Under the pieces are notes generated by a model, which ran no database searches, was not told the origin of the DNA, and saw only the letters and a program-made list of their open reading frames with translations. This document shows, in pieces, positions 19,607-27,390 of a DNA stretch of 64,000 nt. The stretch is from positions 371,256 to 435,255 of the forward strand of contig CAVQXR010000002.1 of assembly GCA_963717955.1 (NCBI GenBank), written 5' to 3'. Numbering within the stretch: position 1 is the stretch's first letter; every line of letters starts with the position of its first letter. This stretch comes from an uncultured Thermoleophilia bacterium (GTDB taxonomy: Bacteria; Actinomycetota; Thermoleophilia; Gaiellales; Gaiellaceae). The position numbers and the translations under genes are program-made.

Positions 19607-19773
19607 CTAGTGGTCACTCCGGGAAGTTCGGGGCCTGTACGCCGGCGAAAACCGAGCAGGCCTAGGACGCAGGGAGCCCCGATACAGGGAGATATCGGTG
19701 CGACCGAGGACGACGGCATGCGAAGCGTTTGCAGCCGCGCGAAGGGTGGCGAGCTTCCCGGAGCGAGCACTAG
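19607..19773 (+). repeat. CTAG-bounded inverted-repeat element, copy B (167 bp, MITE-like)
   Basis: Left end ctagtggtcactccgggaag matches the reverse complement of the right end, ctagtgctcgctccgggaag (18/20). The interior aligns with copies C and D. Confidence 0.85.
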
Positions 19774-19782
19774 AGTCCCGAC

Positions 19783-20163
19783 GTGCGGCTGATCGTCGCC
19801 AGCACCGTCGCTCTCGCCGCGAACGCGGTCGCGCTGTTGATCGCCGCGGCGGTGCTCGGCGGCTTCGAGGTCGGAAACCTCGCCTTCCCGATCCTCGTCG
19901 TGATCTTCACGGTCGTCTCGATCCTGGTGTCGGCCCTCGTCCGCTCGATCGTCCGGAGCTACGCCGCGCCGGCGGCAGCGCTCACCGGGCTGATCTCGGC
20001 GTTCCTGTCGCTGCTCGTCACCGACCTCGTCACGGACAAGCTCCAGATCGAAGGGGCGGGCGCCTGGATCGTCGGCACGTTCCTCGTCTGGCTCGCGTCG
20101 CTCGTCTTCACGCCGATGCTGCGTGGGCGGGGCGACCGGAAGCTCGGCCGCGACCGGGGGTGA
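19783..20163 (+). CDS. small 4-TM membrane protein (phage-holin-4_2-like family)
   Basis: 126-aa ORF with GTG start and four hydrophobic segments. The family call is by resemblance only. Confidence 0.55.
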   Translation: MRLIVASTVALAANAVALLIAAAVLGGFEVGNLAFPILVVIFTVVSILVSALVRSIVRSYAAPAAALTGLISAFLSLLVTDLVTDKLQIEGAGAWIVGTFLVWLASLVFTPMLRGRGDRKLGRDRG

Positions 20164-20214
20164 CGCGGGCCGTATGGGGGCGGCCGCCCGGCCGCGCCCA
20201 CCTATCATCGGCGG

Positions 20215-21057
20215 GTGACCCGCGTCGTCCTGATCGGAAACCTCGTCCAGGATGTCGTCGCGGGAGCGCTTCCCCGGCCCGGCGGCGCGGTGTTCTACCA
20301 GGCGCGGACCCTGGCCGCGCTCGGTGAGGGCGCCGGAACCCAACTCGTCACGCGCTGTGCCGCAGCCGACCGCGCCGCGCTCCTCGAGCCGCTCGAGCGC
20401 TTCGACCTGTCGACCACCTGGAAGGCCGGCCGCGAGACGCAGACGTTCTCCTTCCGTTACGAGGGCGACACCCGGACCATGGAGATCGTCGCGCTCGGCG
20501 ATGCCTGGACCGTCGACGATGTCGAGGGCTGGGCCGGCGAAGCGATCGGGGAGGCCGGCTGGATTCTGCTCGGTGCGCTGACGAGGGCCGACTTCCCGCC
20601 GGCGACGCTCGATGCGCTTCGCGCGGGCGGTCGCCAGCTTCTCGTCGATGCCCAGGGGCTCGTCCGGCTCGGCCGCCCCGGGCCGCTGCGGATGGACGGC
20701 GCGCTCGAACCCGCGCACCTCCACGGCATTCGCGCGCTGAAGCTCAACGACATGGAGGCCGAGGCGCTCGTCGGGAGCGCCGAGCCCGAGGCGCTTCGCA
20801 CCCTCGGGATCCCCGAGGTCGTGCTCACCCTTGGCTCGCAGGGCGCCGTGGTCGTGACGGCGAGCGTCACGGCGCACGTTCCCGCCGAGCCGGTGGACGG
20901 CCCGGTCGACCCGACCGGTGCGGGCGACGCGTTCTGGATCGCCTACCTGATGGCGCGCCGCGACGGCGCCGAGCCGGTCGAGGCCGCCCGGGCCGCGACG
21001 AGCACGACGTCCCGCATGCTGGCCGGCGAGCTCCGGCCCCCGCATCACCCCGCGTAG
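20215..21057 (+). CDS. PfkB-family carbohydrate/nucleoside kinase
   Basis: C-terminal VDPTGAGDAFWIAYL motif and ribokinase-like layout. 280 aa. Confidence 0.8.
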   Translation: MTRVVLIGNLVQDVVAGALPRPGGAVFYQARTLAALGEGAGTQLVTRCAAADRAALLEPLERFDLSTTWKAGRETQTFSFRYEGDTRTMEIVALGDAWTVDDVEGWAGEAIGEAGWILLGALTRADFPPATLDALRAGGRQLLVDAQGLVRLGRPGPLRMDGALEPAHLHGIRALKLNDMEAEALVGSAEPEALRTLGIPEVVLTLGSQGAVVVTASVTAHVPAEPVDGPVDPTGAGDAFWIAYLMARRDGAEPVEAARAATSTTSRMLAGELRPPHHPA

Positions 21058-21740
21058 TGTCCGGCCCGGGAGTCATCGACGCCGGAGGAACCGGGAGCGG
21101 GAGACACCCGCGGATCGGCCTCCCGCTGCAGAATCGCGTCCGCCCGGACGGGGAGATCGTGGCCGTCCCGCAGAGGGGGACGATGATGGGCAACCGCGGC
21201 GGCCGCATCCACGACCCGGCCACAAGAACCCTGGGCACGCGGCGGTGGACGAGCCGGGCATGGATCTGCTGCCTCCTCGAGTACAAGGGCTTCTCCGAGC
21301 AGCCGTGGACAGACCACTACACGGAGCTGTTCTTCCTCGACGAGGTGACCGCGCTCGCCGCGGGCCACCGGCCCTGCTACCTCTGCAGGCGGGCCGACGC
21401 GATCGCGTTCGCGTCGGCGGTCGCCCGGCACGACGGGCTCACGGCCCTACCACGGGCGCCGGAGCTCGACCGGCGCCTGCACGCCGAGCGGCTCGACGGC
21501 CGGCGCAAGCGCCTGCACGCTGTTCCCTTCGCCGACCTTCCCGACGGTGCCATGGTCGACTGCGGGGATGAGCTCATGGCCGTGCGCGCCGAACGCGTGT
21601 TGCTCTGGTCTCCGGACGGGTACGCGGCGTCGCCCCGTCCAGGACGCGGCGACGCCGCCGTGCTGACCCCGCCTACCGTGCTCGCGGCACTTCGGGCCGG
21701 CTACCGGCCGAGCTGGCACCCGACCGCGGTCGAGGGGTGA
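21057..21740 (+). CDS. conserved hypothetical protein
   Basis: 227-aa ORF whose GTG overlaps the PfkB stop. The LQNRVRPDGEIVAV..RGTMMGNRGGRIHD..ELFFLDEVTALAAGHRPCYLCRR block looks like a widespread uncharacterised family. Confidence 0.5.
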   Translation: MSGPGVIDAGGTGSGRHPRIGLPLQNRVRPDGEIVAVPQRGTMMGNRGGRIHDPATRTLGTRRWTSRAWICCLLEYKGFSEQPWTDHYTELFFLDEVTALAAGHRPCYLCRRADAIAFASAVARHDGLTALPRAPELDRRLHAERLDGRRKRLHAVPFADLPDGAMVDCGDELMAVRAERVLLWSPDGYAASPRPGRGDAAVLTPPTVLAALRAGYRPSWHPTAVEG

Positions 21741-21800
21741 CGGATCTCTCGCGCAGGCTGCCGGATCGGGCAGCCTGCGCGAGGATCGACCTTCCATCGC

Positions 21801-22880
21801 CTAGCCGCGGGCAGGGTCGATGCGGGAGACCGTGTCCTCGGTCATGCTCGTGACCCAGATCGAGTCGCCCACGACCGACATCGCGTGGGCGGCGGCTTGC
21901 TCCACCTCGGACGGGTCGGCGACACGGATCGGGGAGCCGACCTGCTCGCCCGTCGTCGCGTCGATCCGCGTCACGGTGCCGTCCTCCTGGCTTGCCACCC
22001 AGACGGAGCCCGCCGCTGCCACGATCCAGGTCGAGAGACCGCCGGTGACGATCGGGTCGCCGATCTCCTGCATCGTCGTCGGGTCGACGCGGCTGACCGT
22101 TCCGCTCTCGCGATTCGCTACCCAGACGCTCCCGCCCGCGAGGACGACGCCGGCCGGGAACCCGCCCGCGGTGCCGCGAGTCGTCTCTCCGGTCTCGGCG
22201 TCGATCCTCACGAGCTCGCCGTCGACGGACGCGGTCGCCCACAGCATCCCGTCGCCGTAGGCGAGACCCACCGACTGCTGGTTGGAGACCGGGAACGGCT
22301 CGCCGATCGGTTGGAGCGTGAGCGGATCGATCTGCTGGATCGTCGCGGCGACGTCCCGCTGGAAGGTGGCCAGCCACAGGGCACCGTCCCCCTGCACGAG
22401 TTGTCCCGGGCCGTATGGCACCGGCGCCCGGGCGAGGATCTCACCCGTCTTCCAGTCGAGCCTCAGCACTTCGCCCGGGTTGTCGAAACCGTCCGGGAAG
22501 TGGCTCGCGATCAGGGAGTCGCCGACGTGCGCGGTGAAGCTCGGCTCTCCCTCGAGCGCCACGGTCATCTCGACCGTCCCCGTTGCGAGATCGATCCGGG
22601 TGAAGCCCCTCGTTTCGCACGGGCTACCGACGTCGCAGTTCATCGAGAGCCACATGGCGTCCTCGCCCGCTGTGATCCATCCAGGATGGCCCGGAACCCG
22701 CAAGGTCGCGGCGACGCTCTCGCTGGACGTCGTGCTCTCACCGCCGAGGGCGAAGACGAGCACGATCCCGACAGCCGCCAGAACGGCCGTCACGGCTGCC
22801 ACGGCGATGCGGGTACGCCGGGTCCCGAAGCGGGGCGACGAGTGTGACTCGATCTCGGCTGGCTGATGCATGGCTTCCAT
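21801..22880 (-). CDS. membrane-anchored beta-propeller repeat protein
   Basis: Single N-terminal TM (IAVAAVTAVLAAVGIVLVFAL) followed by repeated G.VWVA....GTV.RID units. ATG 22880 chosen. Confidence 0.6.
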   Translation of the reverse strand: MEAMHQPAEIESHSSPRFGTRRTRIAVAAVTAVLAAVGIVLVFALGGESTTSSESVAATLRVPGHPGWITAGEDAMWLSMNCDVGSPCETRGFTRIDLATGTVEMTVALEGEPSFTAHVGDSLIASHFPDGFDNPGEVLRLDWKTGEILARAPVPYGPGQLVQGDGALWLATFQRDVAATIQQIDPLTLQPIGEPFPVSNQQSVGLAYGDGMLWATASVDGELVRIDAETGETTRGTAGGFPAGVVLAGGSVWVANRESGTVSRVDPTTMQEIGDPIVTGGLSTWIVAAAGSVWVASQEDGTVTRIDATTGEQVGSPIRVADPSEVEQAAAHAMSVVGDSIWVTSMTEDTVSRIDPARG

Positions 22881-23019
22881 GATCCACCTTTCGCTCGGTT
22901 GACCGAGCCTCAGGAGATCACGTCGTGACGGACACGTCGTCGGGGATACCCCCGAGAGCTGGGCCGGTTCAGGGTTTCCCCCGACGGCCGGCCGGCGCCG
23001 GCTATGCAACGATTCCGAA

Positions 23020-23370
23020 GTGGCGCAGCGTGTCCTGATCGTGGACGATCACGCGGAATTTCGCGCGCTCGCCCGCGCCGTGCTCGAAGCCGACGGATTC
23101 GTGGTCGCCGGGGAGGCGGCCGACGGCGTCGGGGCGCTCGCCGAGTTCGAGCGGACGCATCCCGACATCGTCCTGCTCGACGTTCAGCTCCCCGACGCGA
23201 ACGGCTTCGATGTCGCCCGCCAGCTCGAAGGACCCGGCGGCCCCCTCGTGGTCATGACGTCGACCCGTGACGCGGCCGATTTCGGGACGAGACTGGCGAC
23301 GAGCGCCGCGCGCGGGTTCATCCCGAAGTCGCGGCTTTCGGGCCCGGCGCTCTCCGCCCTGGTGACCTGA
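23020..23370 (+). CDS. stand-alone response-regulator receiver domain protein
   Basis: VLIVDDH...DIVLLDVQLPDANG...VVMTS pattern. 116 aa with no output domain. Confidence 0.8.
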   Translation: MAQRVLIVDDHAEFRALARAVLEADGFVVAGEAADGVGALAEFERTHPDIVLLDVQLPDANGFDVARQLEGPGGPLVVMTSTRDAADFGTRLATSAARGFIPKSRLSGPALSALVT

Positions 23371-25071
23371 TGGCCACGCCTGTGGCGCTTCCGGCGACGG
23401 CGAGGACGGCCGCCCGGATCGACCCCATCTTCGTCCTGCCGCTGATCGGCGCTGAGAGCATTCTCGCCGCCTGGTTCGGGCTCGATCACGGGCTCGAGCG
23501 CTGGCAGGTCGCCGCCGATCTCGCAGTCGCGCTGTCGTTCGCCGCGGCAGGCGTGACCGCACTCTTCCGACCGGGCCCTCGGATGTCGGGCCGGCTGATG
23601 CTGGGGATCGCCGTGACCTGGTGGGCGAGCTACCTCGAGCTCGCGGAGCACGCCGGGGCGCGGGTGGCAGGCCAGCTTCTCGCGGACGTCCCGCTGATCC
23701 TGATCGTCTGGCTTCTCCTCTCGTATCCGGAGGGCCGGCTGTGGTCGAACGCGGCGCGTGCCACGGTCGTCGCCGGGTGGGTGGCAACTGCAGCCGGAGG
23801 GCTCGCGGCGGTTCTCCTCGATCCCGGCTCCGAGGATCCGGTCGGGCAGGGAACGAGCGCCCTTGGAGTCGCGGTGGCCATCGCCACGGCCGTGCTGATC
23901 GTCGTCCGGCTCGTCGGCCTCCCGAGTGTCCGCAGACGCGTCGCGCTCCCCCTGCTCGTGGCGGGTCTGCTCACCTTTCCGACGAGCTTGGTCTGGCTCG
24001 CTGCGCAGGCGGGCGGGAACTGGACGTTCGCAGACGAGTTCGTCCCGATCGACCGCCTCGTCGCGATTCTGATCCCGGCCGGGTACTTCGCCGGGCTCGC
24101 CTGGACGAGGGTGCGCCGCTCCGGGGTGTCCAGCCTCGTCGTCGAGCTCCAGGAGGGCGGCGCGACGACCCTCCGCGACCGCCTCGCGCGAACGCTCGGA
24201 GATCCGTCGCTCGAGGTCGCCTACTGGATCGGCGACGGCCACGGGTGGGTCGACGGCGCGGGCCAGCCGATCGCTCTCCCCGAGCCGGGCGATCGTGCCG
24301 TGACACAGGTGACGGTCTCCGGATCCCCCATCGCAGCGCTCGTGCACGACCCGGTGCTGCTCGACGATCCGGATCTCGTGCGGTCGGTCGCTGCGACGGC
24401 CGGCCTCGTGCTCGAGAACGAGCGACTGGCCGCCGAGGTGCGCGCGCAGCTTGCCGAGGTACGGGCCTCGCGCGCGCGAATCGTCGAGGCCACCGACGCG
24501 GAACGGCAGCGCCTCGAGCGCGATCTCCACGACGGCGCGCAGCAGCGACTCGTCGGGTCTCTCCTTGAAGCTCAGGCTCGCCCAGACTCGGGCCGAGGAC
24601 CCGAATGCGGCGTCGATGCTCGCCGTCGCGCAGGAGGATCTCGAGGAGGCCCTGGCCGAGCTTCGTGAGTTCGCGCGCGGCATCCACCCGACCGTCCTGC
24701 GCGAGGACGGGCTCGACGCGGCGCTCGAATCGCTTGCCCGCCGGTCCCCGATCCCGGTCGAGATCGTCGGCGCAGCCGGCTCTCGCCTGGCGCCCAGCAT
24801 CGAGCTCCCCGCGTACTTCTTCGTCTCCGAAGCGCTGACGAATGTCGCGAAGCACGCCGAGGCCTCGTATGCGACGGTGACGGTGCGACACGACGCCGCC
24901 GCTCTGCGGATCACGGTCGCCGACAACGGTGTCGGCGGCGCGGACACGTCCCGGGGGAGCGGTCTTCGCGGTCTCGCCGACCGCCTCGCCGCCGTCGACG
25001 CGACGCTTGCCGTGTCGAGCGAACCCGGTAAGGGCACGACGCTCGTCGCGGAGATCCCGTGCGGGTCGTGA
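23370..25071 (+). pseudogene. membrane sensor histidine kinase (HisKA_3/NarX-type) with one frameshift at the GGG run 24555-24557
   Basis: The N-terminal membrane region and ERQRLERDLHDGAQQRLVG are in frame 1. LSLKLRLAQ...REFARGIHPTVL...YFFVSEALTNVAKHA...DNGVGGA...GLRGLADR is in the frame of ORF 24451-25071. Confidence 0.8.
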
Positions 25072-25703
25072 TTGCCGACGACGCCGTTCTCGTGCGGGAG
25101 GGCATAGCGCGTCTCCTCGGCGACGCGGGCTTCGAGATCGTCGGTCAGGCAGGCGAGGCTCGCGAACTGATGATCCTCGTCCGCGACCGCCGCCCGGACG
25201 TCGCGATCGTGGACATCCGGATGCCCCCGACGAACACGGACGAGGGGCTGATCGCCGCGCGGGAGATCCGCGCGCGCCACCCGGAGACGGCTGTCCTCGT
25301 CCTCTCCCAGCACCTCGAGCCCAGCTACGCGATGCGTCTGCTCAAAGATGCGCCCGGCGGTGTCGGCTACCTCCTCAAGGAGCGGGTCGGCCGGACGGAC
25401 GAGCTGGCCGACGCGATCCGGCGTGTCGCCTCGGGCGAGTGCGTCGTCGATCGGGCCGTCGTCGACGAGCTCGTCGCGCGGCAGCGGCGGGAGGATCCAC
25501 TCGGAGCGCTCTCCGGGCGCGAGCGAGAGATCCTCGGATTGATGGCCGAGGGCCGCTCGAACCAGGGGATCTGCGAGGCGCTGTGGCTGAGCCCGAAGAC
25601 GGTGGAGACGCACACCCGCCACGTGTTCATGAAGCTCGGGCTCGAGGACGCGGCGACCGACAACCGGCGCGTCCTCGCGGTCCTCGCGTACCTCCGGGGC
25701 TAG
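25059..25703 (+). CDS. LuxR/NarL-family response regulator
   Basis: Receiver domain (VVIADD...DVAIVDIRMP) plus C-terminal HTH (LSGREREILGLMAEGRSNQGICEALWLSPKTVETH). Confidence 0.9.
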   Translation: MRVVIADDAVLVREGIARLLGDAGFEIVGQAGEARELMILVRDRRPDVAIVDIRMPPTNTDEGLIAAREIRARHPETAVLVLSQHLEPSYAMRLLKDAPGGVGYLLKERVGRTDELADAIRRVASGECVVDRAVVDELVARQRREDPLGALSGREREILGLMAEGRSNQGICEALWLSPKTVETHTRHVFMKLGLEDAATDNRRVLAVLAYLRG

Positions 25704-25732
25704 CTCGAGTCGAGACGGTGGATGGGAGCGTT

Positions 25733-25761
25733 GCCCGCCGCCGATCCCGCCGCCGGCGGGC
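25733..25761. terminator. GC hairpin between convergent genes
   Basis: gcccgccg...cggcgggc, an 8-bp stem with a 13-nt loop. Confidence 0.3.
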
Positions 25762-25852
25762 CGGATCGAACCGGGGTGTAGAGGCTGGCGCGATGGAGCT
25801 TGTCCAGAGAACGTGTACCCCCCGTGTTCAGTGGCTGCTCACCGAGGGGATT

Positions 25853-26506
25853 TCACGAGACCGCAGGGCTCGTCGCCTCAGCGAAGGCGGCTACGAGCGC
25901 AGCCCTCGTCTCGGGCGTGTCGGCCCAGGCGCTGAAAAGCCAGTCTCCGTCTGGCTCGGCCCATGACGCCGCATACCAGGGCGTCCCGTCGAGCGTCGAG
26001 TTCCACACGAGGTACACGAGCGACCCCGCGAGGTCGAGCGCCCGCGCCTCGATCTCCACCGGCGCGCCCTCGAAGCCGTCCTTCTCGAACCCGCGCGCGA
26101 GGAGCTCGAGGTAGCCAGCCGCTGTCATCCCCGGCTCGAAGCCCTCGACGTTCTCCCGGCTCACCGCACCCACGAACGCGTCCGGCTTGCCCGGCGCCGT
26201 GTAGCGAGCGCCGTAGCGCACGCCTGTCACGAACTCCCGGTCGGCGAGAGCGCGCCCAGCGACCTCGGCCGGCAGCGCCGCGGTGAGAGCGCGAAGCGAC
26301 GCCTCGTCGTCCGGGAGGACGACGGTCTCGAGGCCCCACGGCGGAGCCTCCGCCTTGCCTTCCTCGCCGCCGCACGCGGCGACGACTATCACGACGAAGA
26401 GGAAGGCAAGAATGGCAGAGCGCCGACGATGAGCGCCGCCCGCCCGCGACGGGACTGTCTGCCCGAGCGCTTTGGCGAGGTCGATTAGATCTCCCGCCTT
26501 CGCCAA
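25853..26506 (-). CDS. putative lipoprotein
   Basis: Lipobox-like FLFVVIVVAACGG near the N-terminus. The start is uncertain, with TTG candidates at 26506 and 26512. Confidence 0.5.
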   Translation of the reverse strand: MAKAGDLIDLAKALGQTVPSRAGGAHRRRSAILAFLFVVIVVAACGGEEGKAEAPPWGLETVVLPDDEASLRALTAALPAEVAGRALADREFVTGVRYGARYTAPGKPDAFVGAVSRENVEGFEPGMTAAGYLELLARGFEKDGFEGAPVEIEARALDLAGSLVYLVWNSTLDGTPWYAASWAEPDGDWLFSAWADTPETRAALVAAFAEATSPAVS

Positions 26507-26579
26507 GCGCAATACTGCCCTGCCGCGTCGCTCCAAGGTCTCGCGAAGACCATCGCCGATGTCATGGTCGAGTGAGATC

Positions 26580-26747
26580 CTAGTGCTCCGTCTCAGAAAT
26601 CGCCTTGCACTCCAGGCGGCTGCAACGCGTCGCCATGCGGCGTCCTCGGTCGCGCCCGTATTCACGAATACGGGCGCTCCCTGCGTCCTTGCCTGGCTCG
26701 CGTTTCGCGCGCTCTAGCGTCAAGGGAATTCCGAGACGGAGCACTAG
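26580..26747 (-). repeat. CTAG-bounded inverted-repeat element, copy C (168 bp, best-preserved copy)
   Basis: ctagtgctccgtctc ... gagacggagcactag, with perfect 15-bp terminal inverted repeats (19/21 extended). Orientation is assigned relative to copy B by interior alignment. Confidence 0.9.
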
Positions 26748-26895
26748 ACTCGGAAGGGTCTCATCGGTGTGTGCGTTCTCGGGAAGGAGTGGAGCTCCCC
26801 GAAGCGGGGTCATCGGCGGACGAAGCCGTAGACTACCGGCAGGAACCCTGAGCCACCGAAGGCCGGCGGCTCCCCGGCGAGGCGTTGATCCATAC

Positions 26896-27282
26896 GTGCA
26901 ACTCATACACACCTGCTACCGGATCACGAACCCCGAGAGGTCGGTCGCGTTCTACGAGGCGCTCGGGTTCGAGAAGCGTCGCGAGCTGCCGATCCGCGAC
27001 GAGGCGGTCAACATCTTCATGGGCCTGCCCGGCGACGGCGACCGGCTCGAGCTGACCTACAACTTCGGCGTCGAGTCCTACGAGCTCGGCACCGGGTACG
27101 GGCACATCGCCCTGACCGTCGACGACCTCGACGCCACGTTGTCCCGGCTCGCCGAGCAGGGGATCGAGCCGGAGCGGCCGCCGTACACGATCCGGGAGGG
27201 CGGTTCGCGCCTGTGCTTCGTGCGAGACCCCGATTCCTATCGCGTGGAGCTGATCGAGCGCAAGCCAGGCGGCGATGCATGA
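26896..27282 (+). CDS. VOC-family lactoylglutathione lyase (glyoxalase I)-like protein
   Basis: VQLIHTCYRITNPERSVAFYEALGFE...LELTYNFG...GYGHIALTVDDLDA...RDPDSYRVELIE. GTG 26896 chosen. Confidence 0.8.
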   Translation: MQLIHTCYRITNPERSVAFYEALGFEKRRELPIRDEAVNIFMGLPGDGDRLELTYNFGVESYELGTGYGHIALTVDDLDATLSRLAEQGIEPERPPYTIREGGSRLCFVRDPDSYRVELIERKPGGDA

Positions 27283-27390
27283 AACCGCGGCGGCCGGTGA
27301 GGCTCGGCTCCTGAGCGACAGCTGAAGCGTCTGATCCGCGAGCGGAGTGACCGAACCTGCGCAACGACCAAACGCTCGGGTGTCGATCGA

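Noticed and set aside
25755-25780. tRNA-like T-arm (minus strand ccggttcgatccgg)
   Set aside because: The T-loop would be 6 nt, or the stem would be mismatched. No D-arm, anticodon stem or acceptor pairing could be built in the flanking 80 nt.
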